A DNA stretch of 64,000 bases, taken from NCBI GenBank assembly GCA_001799735.1, contig MGUA01000008.1, positions 7,175-71,174 on the forward strand. Direction: 5' to 3'. This DNA is from Elusimicrobia bacterium GWB2_63_22 (GTDB taxonomy: Bacteria; Elusimicrobiota; Elusimicrobia; Elusimicrobiales; UBA9959). Below are positions 26,142 through 34,995 of the stretch, piece after piece. The position numbers were made by a program, and so were the translations under genes. Within the stretch, counting starts at the first letter, position 1. Each line of letters starts with the position of its first letter. The notes beneath the pieces were generated by a model. It had not been told where the DNA came from. It was given only the letters and a program-made list of their open reading frames with translations, and did not search any database.

Positions 26142-27188
26142 ATGATACAATTTTCCTGCATAATGAAGAGAACGCTGCTGGTCAACCTCGGGGAATCGCC
26201 GGAAAACTACCATTTCGAGCGGGCCCTGCTGCGCGCCCTGCCCGCGCGCGGAAGCGCGCTGGACATAGTTCACGATTTCGACCACGACTATTCCTTTATA
26301 GGCCGCGGCCTGCCGCCCGGCGCGCGCCGCCTGAAATACTCCGGCCTGGCCGGGCTTAAAAAACTTTTCGGCAAGCCTTACGACCTGGTGCTCGTGCTGG
26401 ATTTTCCCAAGCGGGAGCGCTGCGCGCCCGGTTTTATCTGGCTGCTGCGCGGGGCGCAGGCCGGCAAGAAAGTCTTTATCGCCAATCACCTTATCCCCAT
26501 GCCCGGGGATAATTTCACCGCCGACCTGGCGCGTAAGGTTAAAGCCCTCTCCGCTGTCGATGCCGGCTATATGCTGGAGTTCGACGACGCCCGGCTCTGG
26601 GCCGTGACCGGCCTGGCCGGAAGGCGGCTGCTAAAGCGCGGCTACGCCACGGACTGCACCTATTATTCCCCTGTTAAGGGCGGCTCCGGGGACTATGTGT
26701 TTTCAGCCGGCTCCACCGGCCGCGATTTCAAGGCGCTGGCCGCCGGAGTTAAGCGCTCCGGCCTCGGCCTGAAAATTTTCAGCGGTTCCCGGCCCCCGGC
26801 CCTGCCGAAGGGCGCTGCGTTCCTGCCGCTGTCTGAGAACCTGCATAACCTGAAAGCCGCCGTAGCCGGCGCCCGCGCCGTGGTAATCCCGGTGAAGGAC
26901 GGCCACGTGAACGAGGCCGCCGGCAACTCTATCGCCTTCCTCGCCATGGCCCTCGGCCGCCCCGTCCTCACCCGCCGCACCCGCTACATGTCCCGCTTTA
27001 TAAAGGACGGCGCCAGCGGCTTTTTCTACGACCGGCTCTCCCCGGCCGCTATAGAAACCGGCCTCAGGCGGATCTCCTCCCTGTCCCCGGCAAAACTAAA
27101 AAAACTCTCCGCCGCCGCCCGCGCCGCCATCCTCCGCCATGCCAGCCTCGACTCCTTCTGCTCCGCCCTCCTGCGCCGCTTCCGCTGA
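26142..27188 (+). CDS. Glycosyltransferase-like protein (GT-B C-terminal half recognisable)
   Basis: FSAGSTGRDF ... EAAGNSIAFLAMALGRPVL resembles the GT4 E-x7-E region. Alternative ATG at 26163 (MKRTLLVNLG). Confidence 0.45.
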   Translation: MIQFSCIMKRTLLVNLGESPENYHFERALLRALPARGSALDIVHDFDHDYSFIGRGLPPGARRLKYSGLAGLKKLFGKPYDLVLVLDFPKRERCAPGFIWLLRGAQAGKKVFIANHLIPMPGDNFTADLARKVKALSAVDAGYMLEFDDARLWAVTGLAGRRLLKRGYATDCTYYSPVKGGSGDYVFSAGSTGRDFKALAAGVKRSGLGLKIFSGSRPPALPKGAAFLPLSENLHNLKAAVAGARAVVIPVKDGHVNEAAGNSIAFLAMALGRPVLTRRTRYMSRFIKDGASGFFYDRLSPAAIETGLRRISSLSPAKLKKLSAAARAAILRHASLDSFCSALLRRFR

Positions 27189-27246
27189 GGCCTGACTTGC
27201 CTCCATTTGCTAAAATAATTTTCATTAGGGGTTTTAGGAGATCTTA

Positions 27247-28353
27247 ATGAAACTTTTAAGGCTTGCCGCCTGGGTGTTATTCGTTTGTAATTCTGCCAAT
27301 GCTTACGCCGCTCCCGCGATAGCCGGGAAATTGGGCAAGATCTCGGATAGCCTTACCGCCGCCTACGGCGTATCCGCAGGCGCAAAAGAAAAGCCCAGCG
27401 CCGCAGTCTTCACTTTTAACACTTCCAAAGAACTCGAAAAGATGCGTATCGGCTTTGCTGTTTCCGAAATGCTGTCGCATCAGCTCGCTAAAAGCGGGAA
27501 ATTCCAGCTTTTGGAAAGAACCGAGCTTAACCGTGTTCTCGGCGAGCTTAAGCTCAGCCTGTCCGGGGTTACTGAGCAGGAGGACGCCATAAGCGCTGGC
27601 AAGTTGGCGAGAGCGGATATGCTGGTGATGGGAAGCGTGGAGAAAATGGGAAAGTCATACCATGTTAACGCGCGCCTGGTTAACGCCGAAACGGGCGAGG
27701 TTGTAGCTACCGCGTATGAATCTCTGCCCATCTCGGCTTTTGAAGAGGAGGCTAAAGATTATGTGGTTATGGTTCCTAAGACGCAGACGATAGGTATTTA
27801 TTTTCTTGGCAGCTATCGCGTGATGGCGAAAGTCCCGTCTACTACCAATACTTATCCGCCGGGCTGGGTTACGTATATCACCACCAATCCCGAGAGATCA
27901 AAAGTGATGTTGCCTGGTTTTGGCATACGCTACGCCCCGTTTGAACATTTTTTGATAGACGTCGCGTATATGAATTCGGCGGCTTCAAAAAGAACAGGTA
28001 ACAGAGAATCCGACAATGCGTTCTGTGCCGGGCCATATACATCTAATTTTTCCATGTTCAGGGCCGTAGCGGGTCCTAAGGGAAGGTTGTTCGACGGTTT
28101 CTCGTATTCTCTGGGGGTTGGGGCTACTGTGGTCAGCATCAGTAGAAGCGGGCAGGCCAGTTATACTACTCCTACGGCGCTTGCGGGGTTTGAGTTCCGC
28201 CCGCAGCAGAGGCTGGGTTTGGCGGTATCTGTGGGGTATGACTTTGTAACTAAAACCGCCATGGGCAACCAGTGGGGTGCCGGAGACGCATATTTCAAGA
28301 TTACTCGTCTCCCGCATTTTTACCTGGAACCCTCCCTGGCCCTATATTTCTAA
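27247..28353 (+). CDS. Secreted protein: CsgG/LpoB/FlgO-like N-domain plus C-terminal beta-barrel-like domain
   Basis: Signal peptide. GKFQLLERTELNRVLGELKLSLSG ... ADMLVMGSV ... YHVNARLVNAETGEVV. C-terminus ends ...PSLALYF. Confidence 0.5.
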   Translation: MKLLRLAAWVLFVCNSANAYAAPAIAGKLGKISDSLTAAYGVSAGAKEKPSAAVFTFNTSKELEKMRIGFAVSEMLSHQLAKSGKFQLLERTELNRVLGELKLSLSGVTEQEDAISAGKLARADMLVMGSVEKMGKSYHVNARLVNAETGEVVATAYESLPISAFEEEAKDYVVMVPKTQTIGIYFLGSYRVMAKVPSTTNTYPPGWVTYITTNPERSKVMLPGFGIRYAPFEHFLIDVAYMNSAASKRTGNRESDNAFCAGPYTSNFSMFRAVAGPKGRLFDGFSYSLGVGATVVSISRSGQASYTTPTALAGFEFRPQQRLGLAVSVGYDFVTKTAMGNQWGAGDAYFKITRLPHFYLEPSLALYF

Positions 28354-28491
28354 ATCAGATGAATAAAGGTGCCGCCATGTTAGCAATAACGGAGTAGTGC
28401 GCGGTTTCACCAGGTGCGGCGGGGGCTCTTTTAATTTGTTAGAATTTAAGCGTCGTCCTACATCTCTGGCGGGTCTTGAGGTTAAACACTG

Positions 28492-30024
28492 ATGGATCAG
28501 ATCCTTATCTTGGACTTCGGCAGCCAGTACACCCAGCTTATCGCCCGCAGACTTCGCAGCCTGCGGGTTTATTGCGAAATACTCCCCTTCAGCGCCCCGG
28601 TAGAGGACATCCTCGCCAGGTCGCCGCGCGGCATCATCCTTTCCGGCGGGCCATCCAGCGTTTACGCCAAGGACGCGCCCAAGCCGGACCCGGCCATCTT
28701 TAACCTCGGCGTGCCGGTGCTCGGCGTCTGCTACGGCATGCAGCTGCTCGCCCACGAGTTCGGCGGCCGGGTGGCCAAGGCCGCCTCCCGCGAATACGGC
28801 TTCAGCAAACTCAAGGTCCTTAAGGGGTCGCGCCTGCTTAAAGGCATCCCCGGCGGGGTGAACGTCTGGATGAGCCACGGTGACGAGGTAAAACAGGTCC
28901 CGGCCGGCTTCCGCGTTACCGCCAGGGCCGACGGTTCCGACATCTCCGCGATGGAGAACCCGGACCGCAATCTTTACGCGCTGCAGTTCCACCCCGAGGT
29001 GCACCACACCGAGCACGGCGTGAAGATGCTGGAGAACTTCGCGCGCGGCGTCTGCGGCTATACGGACCGCTGGACCCCGGCCTCCTTCCTCGCCGACAGC
29101 ATAGCTGAAATTAAAAAGCAGGCCGGCGGCAAAGCGGTCATCTGCGGCCTCTCCGGCGGCGTGGACTCATCTGTGGCCGCGGTGCTGGCGCACCGGGCCA
29201 TAGGCGACAAGCTTAACTGCATCTTCGTGGACACCGGCGTGCTGCGTCACGGCGACCGCGAGCGCATGACCGAGGTCTTCAAGAAAAAATTCGGCTACAA
29301 GCTTAAGATCGTGGACGCCTCGGCGCTGTTCCTGGGCCGGCTTAAGGGCGTCACCTCGCCCGAAAAGAAGCGCAAGATCATCGGCCATACCTTTATAGAA
29401 GTCTTCGACCGGGAAGCTAAAAAAGTTAAAGGCGCGTCCTGGCTGCTGCAGGGCACGCTTTACCCCGACGTCATCGAATCCGTCTCGGTCAAAGGCCCCT
29501 CCGCCGTGATCAAGAGCCACCACAATGTGGGCGGCCTGCCGGCGAAGATGAAGATGGGGCTGATAGAGCCGCTGCGCTATTTCTTCAAGGACGAAGTGCG
29601 CGAACTCGGCCGCAGCCTGAAAATTCCCGAGGCCGTGCTGATGCTGCATCCCTTCCCCGGCCCGGGCCTGGCCATACGCGTGCTGGGCGAGGTTACCCCG
29701 GACAGGCTTAAGATCCTGCGCGAGGCCGACCGGGTGATGCGCGAGGAGATACAGAAGGCCGGCTGGTACGCCAGGATCTGGCAGGCTTTCTGCGTGCTGC
29801 TGCCGGTGCGCTCCGTAGGCGTAATGGGCGACGAGCGCTCCTACGAATATACCATAGCCATCCGCTGCGTCAGCTCGGTGGACGGCATGACGGCGGACTG
29901 GAGCCGCCTGCCGCACGACCTGCTGCAGAAAATTTCCTCCAGGATAGTCAGCGAGGTGCGCGGCGTCAACCGCGTGGTCTACGACGTCACCTCCAAGCCG
30001 CCGGCCACCATAGAATGGGAATAA
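28492..30024 (+). CDS. guaA: GMP synthase (glutamine-hydrolysing)
   Basis: ILILDFGSQYTQLIARR, the GATase Cys context, SGGVDSSV PP-loop, and a C-terminal ...PPATIEWE. Confidence 0.96.
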   Translation: MDQILILDFGSQYTQLIARRLRSLRVYCEILPFSAPVEDILARSPRGIILSGGPSSVYAKDAPKPDPAIFNLGVPVLGVCYGMQLLAHEFGGRVAKAASREYGFSKLKVLKGSRLLKGIPGGVNVWMSHGDEVKQVPAGFRVTARADGSDISAMENPDRNLYALQFHPEVHHTEHGVKMLENFARGVCGYTDRWTPASFLADSIAEIKKQAGGKAVICGLSGGVDSSVAAVLAHRAIGDKLNCIFVDTGVLRHGDRERMTEVFKKKFGYKLKIVDASALFLGRLKGVTSPEKKRKIIGHTFIEVFDREAKKVKGASWLLQGTLYPDVIESVSVKGPSAVIKSHHNVGGLPAKMKMGLIEPLRYFFKDEVRELGRSLKIPEAVLMLHPFPGPGLAIRVLGEVTPDRLKILREADRVMREEIQKAGWYARIWQAFCVLLPVRSVGVMGDERSYEYTIAIRCVSSVDGMTADWSRLPHDLLQKISSRIVSEVRGVNRVVYDVTSKPPATIEWE

Positions 30025-30506
30025 ATAAGTTAGCCCTGCTGCTCCTGCTGCCCGCCGCCTTCCTGGCCGCCTGCGGAGTGCAGCCCCGCGCCGCCGCTAA
30101 ACCGCAGCGGGAGCGCCCGCCCTGCGAGCGCAGCGCGGCCCTGCTGCCCGGGACCGGTTTTGAGCCGGCGCTGGACGGAGTTCGCACGGCCGCCGCTAAC
30201 GGGCTGCTGGCGAAGATAGCGGCCTGCGAGGCGCTGCCTTTTGCCGAGGATCACACGGTCTTCGGCAACCGCGAAGGCCGCCTGCCGCCGCGGCCGCGCG
30301 GCTATTACCTGGAGTACAGTTTCCCGGTGCCGGGGCGCAAGGCGGGCGACGCGCCGGCGCAGGTGAACGTAGGCACGGCGACGCTGGTCAGCGGGACCAT
30401 CACTACTCCGCGCGGGCCGGAGCGGCTGGTCATAGGCGGCGGGCGGGAGATCTACTACACGCCGGACCATTATTTAAATTTCGTGGCGCTGACGATAGCC
30501 AGGTAG
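30015..30506 (+). CDS. Barnase/RNase N1-T1 superfamily ribonuclease, lipoprotein
   Basis: Lipobox LAAC. FGNREGRLP..RGYYLEY (Glu), RGPERLVIG (Arg), YYTPDHYLNF (His) align with barnase FSNREGKLP / WREADI / RNSDRILY / TTDHYQTF. Start overlaps the guaA stop. Confidence 0.75.
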   Translation: MGINKLALLLLLPAAFLAACGVQPRAAAKPQRERPPCERSAALLPGTGFEPALDGVRTAAANGLLAKIAACEALPFAEDHTVFGNREGRLPPRPRGYYLEYSFPVPGRKAGDAPAQVNVGTATLVSGTITTPRGPERLVIGGGREIYYTPDHYLNFVALTIAR

Positions 30507-30517
30507 AAGGAGAACTC

Positions 30518-31975
30518 ATGCTTCAGGACAAGATAGAACTGGGTCTTACTTTCGACGATGTGCTGCTGCTGCCGGCCAAGTCTTCGGTCATGCCGAAGCA
30601 GACCGACATCGCGACGAACCTCACGAAAACCATAAAGCTCAACGTCCCGCTGATCTCCGCGGCCATGGACACGGTGACCGAAGCGGGCCTGGCCATAGCC
30701 ATGGCGCGCGAGGGCGGCCTCGGCATCATCCACCGCGCCATGCCGGCGCACCAGCAGGCGCTGGAAGTGGCCAAGGTTAAAAAGCACGAGAGCGGCGTCA
30801 TCTCCGCGCCGCTGACCGTCTCGCCGGACGAGAAACTGCAGGACGCCCTGGCGCTGATGGCCAAGCACGGCGTTTCCAGCGTGGCCGTGATCTCCCGCGG
30901 TAAACTGGTGGGCCTGCTGACCAACCGCGACGTGCGCTTCCTGAAGGACCTCGACAAGAAAGTCTCCTCCGCGATGACCACCAAGCTCATCACGGCCCGC
31001 CCCGGCACCACGCCGGCGCAGGCCGAGAAGATCCTGCAGGAGCACCGCATAGAGAAGCTGCCGCTGGTGGGCCGCAACGGCGAGCTGAAGGGCCTCATCA
31101 CGGTGCGCGACATCCTCAACACCAAGCAGTACCCCGACGCCTGCAAGGATAAGGCCGGCCGGCTGCGCGTGGGCGCGGCCATAGGCGCCGGGCCCGACGC
31201 GGTGGAGCGGGCAGGCGAGCTGGTGGCGGCCGGCGCCGACATTATTTCGCTGGACTCCGCGCACGGCCATTCCGCCAATGTTCTCAGAACGCTTAAGGAA
31301 GTGAAGCGCCGCTACGGCTGCGAGGTGATAGCCGGCAACGTGGCCACCTACCAGGGCGCGCTGGACCTGATAAAGGCCGGCGCCGACGCCATAAAGGTGG
31401 GCATAGGCCCCGGTTCCATCTGCACCACGCGCGTTATCTCGGGCGTGGGCGTGCCGCAGCTCACCGCGGTGAGCGCCGCCGTGAAGGCCGCCGCGCGCAG
31501 CAAGACCCCCGTCATAGCCGACGGCGGCATCAAGTTCTCCGGCGACATCACCAAGGCCATGGCCGCCGGCGCCAGCTGCGTGATGCTGGGCACCCTGCTG
31601 GCCGGCACCGAGGAGGCACCCGGCGACATCATCCTCTTCCAGGGCCGCTCCTACAAGGCCTACCGCGGCATGGGTTCCGTCGGGGCCATGGAGGCCGGCT
31701 CCAAGGACCGCTACGGCCAGGCCGGGGTGGAGAGGGACAAGCTGGTCCCCGAAGGCATAGAAGGTCAGGTCCCGTACAAGGGCACTGTGGCCGCCATTAT
31801 CCACCAGCTCACCGGCGGCCTGCGCGCGGGCCTGGGCTACTGCGGCTGCAAGAACCTCGCGGACCTCAGGCGGCGCGCGCGCTTTGTGCGCATCTCCAAC
31901 GCCGGCCTTAAAGAAAGCCACGTCCACGACGTTAAGGTCACCAAGGAAACCCCCAACTACGCGAGCAAAGATTAA
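30518..31975 (+). CDS. guaB: IMP dehydrogenase
   Basis: [14 protein letters not shown] pair, catalytic [11 protein letters not shown] loop. Confidence 0.96.
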   Translation: MLQDKIELGLTFDDVLLLPAKSSVMPKQTDIATNLTKTIKLNVPLISAAMDTVTEAGLAIAMAREGGLGIIHRAMPAHQQALEVAKVKKHESGVISAPLTVSPDEKLQDALALMAKHGVSSVAVISRGKLVGLLTNRDVRFLKDLDKKVSSAMTTKLITARPGTTPAQAEKILQEHRIEKLPLVGRNGELKGLITVRDILNTKQYPDACKDKAGRLRVGAAIGAGPDAVERAGELVAAGADIISLDSAHGHSANVLRTLKEVKRRYGCEVIAGNVATYQGALDLIKAGADAIKVGIGPGSICTTRVISGVGVPQLTAVSAAVKAAARSKTPVIADGGIKFSGDITKAMAAGASCVMLGTLLAGTEEAPGDIILFQGRSYKAYRGMGSVGAMEAGSKDRYGQAGVERDKLVPEGIEGQVPYKGTVAAIIHQLTGGLRAGLGYCGCKNLADLRRRARFVRISNAGLKESHVHDVKVTKETPNYASKD

Positions 31976-32875
31976 GTGATCACCCGGCTGGCTAAAAAAA
32001 TAGGCGCCCTGTCCGAGATCCGGGATACCGACCCCGGCTTCTCGGACCTGGCCGCCCTGCTCACCGGCATAAAGCCGGTGCTCTACACCGACTTCGACGG
32101 AGCCGACTGGCCCTACCTGAAGGACCTCTGTTTAAAGCTGAAGATGGAGTACCTGCTGCCCGAGGCGCTGTTCGGCCGCAAGGGGTTCAAGGCCGCGCCC
32201 AAATACGGCAAGAAGATGCTGCTGATAGGGCGCAAAAAGAAGGACCTGGAGGCCGCGGCCGCCAGTTGGGGCCGTGCCGAGACCACGCGCGAGTGGGGGC
32301 TGCTGCTGGGCTACCCGCCCTGCTGCGTGGACGCCTACCTGGACTGGAAAGAGAATTATTCGGAGCGTACGGACCTGATACGCCGTACCCACGAGCTGAC
32401 CCCGGCCGCGAAAAAATACCATTTCGGCCTGAACAACGTCTGCAATTTCTTTTCAAGGCTGACGCCGGGCGACGCCGCGCTGTACCGGAAGGTGGGGGAT
32501 ATCAACTATAAAAAGGGTTTCCCGCTGGCCAATATGCACGTGATCAGCTGGCACCCCTGCTCCTACGCCTGCAAAAAAAGCGCCGCAGCGGCGGACAAAA
32601 TATTTTCGTTCTTCAAGGTTTACCTGCCGGAACACGCCGCCATGCTGCGCGCGGTGCTGGCGCGGCCGGTGCTGGTGTACGGCAAGTACGAGTTCCTGTC
32701 TTTCGAGGGGAAAGTGGTCAAGGACGAACTGCGCTTCTCCGGCGTGGGCGCGCCCTACTCCCTGATGGACTCCCCGCTGCGCCCCGGCGCGCTTAAGCTT
32801 TCCGCCGTGGCCCGCCTGGGCGCCGGCCGCCCGGCGGGCAAAGAACCCTTCCTGCTGAACTTCTCCGCTAAATAA
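31976..32875 (+). CDS. Uncharacterised Cys-rich protein (LLGYPPCC ... WHPCSYAC), paralog of 3903..4748
   Basis: GTG start immediately after the guaB TAA. Shares ordered motifs with the first copy. Confidence 0.6.
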   Translation: MITRLAKKIGALSEIRDTDPGFSDLAALLTGIKPVLYTDFDGADWPYLKDLCLKLKMEYLLPEALFGRKGFKAAPKYGKKMLLIGRKKKDLEAAAASWGRAETTREWGLLLGYPPCCVDAYLDWKENYSERTDLIRRTHELTPAAKKYHFGLNNVCNFFSRLTPGDAALYRKVGDINYKKGFPLANMHVISWHPCSYACKKSAAAADKIFSFFKVYLPEHAAMLRAVLARPVLVYGKYEFLSFEGKVVKDELRFSGVGAPYSLMDSPLRPGALKLSAVARLGAGRPAGKEPFLLNFSAK

Positions 32876-32883
32876 GTCCCGGC

Positions 32884-33663
32884 TTACTCGCCCTTGAACT
32901 TGGGCTTGCGCTTCTCCATGAAGGCCTTGATGCCTTCCTCGTAGTCGCCGCTGTTGTACACCTTGCGGCGCAGGGCCTGGATGCGTTCGAAGGATTCGGG
33001 GCTTATGGGGTGGGCTTCCGAGAGGATGCGGAACTGTTCTTTGATGACCGACACGGCCAGCGGCGAGTTGCCGGCTATGATCTTGGCGAGGCCGAAGGTG
33101 AATTCCTCTATCTCCTTGGAGCGGATGAGGTGGTTGAGGATGCCGAAATGGTAGGCGCGGTCGGCTTTAACCGGCTCGGCCGTGAAGAACATCTCCTTGG
33201 CGATGTTGCTGCCCACGCGGTTGATGAAGTGCATGATGCCGGAAGCGTTATAGGGCAGGCCCATCTTCACCGGGGTGATGGCGAAGGTGGCGGTCTCGTC
33301 GCCCACGGCCAGGTCGCAGGTGACGGCCAGGTCGGTGGCGCCGCCCCACACGCTGCCCTGGATCATGGCGATCACCGGGCCGGGGTAATTCTGGATGGCG
33401 CGGAAAGCTATCTCCATCGGGCTGTCGTAGGCCAGGGGATCGTTGTGCACCTTGGGCAGCTGGGTGATGTCGTGGCCGGCGGACCAGACCCGCGAGTCCT
33501 TGGCCGCGCGCAGGATGATGACCGGGACTTTCTTGGCCTTGAGGTCCTCCAGCGCCGCCACCAGCTCGTCGCAGAGTTCCAGGCTCAGCGCGTTGCGGCG
33601 GGCCGGGTTGTTGAGCGTCAGTACGCCTATCCCGTCTTTAACGTTCTTGAGTATCAGGGCCAT
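32884..33663 (-). CDS. scpB: Methylmalonyl-CoA decarboxylase (crotonase family, ScpB/YgfG-like)
   Basis: Near-collinear similarity to my recollection of E. coli YgfG (VWSAGHDI, GSVWGGA, MGLPYN, FERIQ..RR.VY.S.DY.EG..AF.EKRKP.F.G). Confidence 0.8.
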   Translation of the reverse strand: MALILKNVKDGIGVLTLNNPARRNALSLELCDELVAALEDLKAKKVPVIILRAAKDSRVWSAGHDITQLPKVHNDPLAYDSPMEIAFRAIQNYPGPVIAMIQGSVWGGATDLAVTCDLAVGDETATFAITPVKMGLPYNASGIMHFINRVGSNIAKEMFFTAEPVKADRAYHFGILNHLIRSKEIEEFTFGLAKIIAGNSPLAVSVIKEQFRILSEAHPISPESFERIQALRRKVYNSGDYEEGIKAFMEKRKPKFKGE

Positions 33664-33713
33664 ATGCTCTCCCGGCTGAAAAGTTTTATCTGGACTAATT
33701 GTATAATTTTGAG

Positions 33714-34964
33714 ATGAAATGTCTACCCGCTTTCTTGTGCCTTTTTATTTTTTGCGGTGGAGCAGGCGCCGCCGGGAGCCCGGGGAAAGCCGAAACCGCG
33801 GCGCGTGAACTTTCGCTGCGGGTGGCTGAAAACCCCGGGGGGGTGGAACGGCTCTTCGATAAAAAATTCTTCCGTGGCGTGTCGCTGGCCCAGCTTGAGG
33901 AGATCCTCGTCTCGCTGCGCCGGGAAGCCGGCCGCGTTACCGGCGTGCGGCTGGAGCGGGCCGAAGGGGAGCTGGCCGGGCGTTTCGTCTATTCCACGGA
34001 CGCGGGCTACGAGATCCCGGTCTCCCTGACGCTGGACCCGGAGACCGGCCTGATCGGCGGGCTGTTCTTCAAGGTTCCCTACAAAAAGGACGCCACGCTG
34101 GCCGGGGTAGAGGCCGGGCTGGCCGGGCTGCCGGGCCGCGCCGGCCTGCTGGCCGTGCGCCTGGGCAAAGAGCCGCAGCGCCTCGCCGGGCTCAACGAGA
34201 AGGAGTATTTCGCCGTCGGCTCGGTTTTCAAACTTTACGTGCTGGGCGCCATGCTGGAGGAGCGGGTGCCGTGGAGCCGGGTGTTCAGGCTGGGGAGTGC
34301 GGACAAGTCGCTGCCGTCGGGGCGCCTGCAGGAGTGGCCGGACGGCTCCCCGCTGACGGCCCATACGCTGGCCGCCATGATGATCTCGGAGAGCGACAAT
34401 ACCGCCTCGGACCTGCTGATCTCCGCCGTAGGCCGCCGCAACATAGAATCCAGGCTGGCGGCGCTGGGACACTCCGACCCGGCGCGGCTTACGCCTTTCC
34501 TTAAAACCTCGGAGCTGTTCCGCCTGCGCTCCGACACCGGGGCCGCGGTGAAATACCTCAACCTGCCGGCCGGGGAAAAATACGCCTTCCTGGCGGGCCT
34601 GGAGACGCCGCTCGCCGCCGAGAAGGTAAAGCGCAGCCCGTTCGGCGTGGATAAACTGGAGTGGCCCGCTTCCCCGTCGGACGTCTGCGCGCTGATGCAG
34701 TATTTCGCCGCCGGCGGCAGCGACGCCGCGCTGGATATTCTTGGCCTGAATAAAGGCCTGGACATCCCGCCCGCCTTCTCCTACGCCGGGTATAAGGGCG
34801 GTTCGGAGCCCGGCGTGCTGTCCGCGGCCTGGCTGCTCAGGCGGGGCGAGACGGACTGGTACTGCCTGGCCGGCTCCTGGAACAGCGACAAGGAAGACCT
34901 GGACGAGGGCAAGTTCTTCGGCTTCATGCAGTCGGCGCTGCGCGCCCTGGGCGCCGTGAAGTAG
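33714..34964 (+). CDS. Secreted class-A beta-lactamase-like serine hydrolase
   Basis: Signal peptide from the ATG at 33714. SxxK (SVFK), SDN (SESDNTASD), KTG-like (YKGGSEPG). Confidence 0.7.
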   Translation: MKCLPAFLCLFIFCGGAGAAGSPGKAETAARELSLRVAENPGGVERLFDKKFFRGVSLAQLEEILVSLRREAGRVTGVRLERAEGELAGRFVYSTDAGYEIPVSLTLDPETGLIGGLFFKVPYKKDATLAGVEAGLAGLPGRAGLLAVRLGKEPQRLAGLNEKEYFAVGSVFKLYVLGAMLEERVPWSRVFRLGSADKSLPSGRLQEWPDGSPLTAHTLAAMMISESDNTASDLLISAVGRRNIESRLAALGHSDPARLTPFLKTSELFRLRSDTGAAVKYLNLPAGEKYAFLAGLETPLAAEKVKRSPFGVDKLEWPASPSDVCALMQYFAAGGSDAALDILGLNKGLDIPPAFSYAGYKGGSEPGVLSAAWLLRRGETDWYCLAGSWNSDKEDLDEGKFFGFMQSALRALGAVK

Positions 34965-34995
34965 GCCATAAGGTATAATTCCTGCAGGAGAAACC

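Noticed and set aside
28354-28491. Possible purine riboswitch upstream of guaA.
   Set aside because: No conserved purine-riboswitch junction or loop sequences or three-way-junction fold could be recognised in the 138-nt leader.
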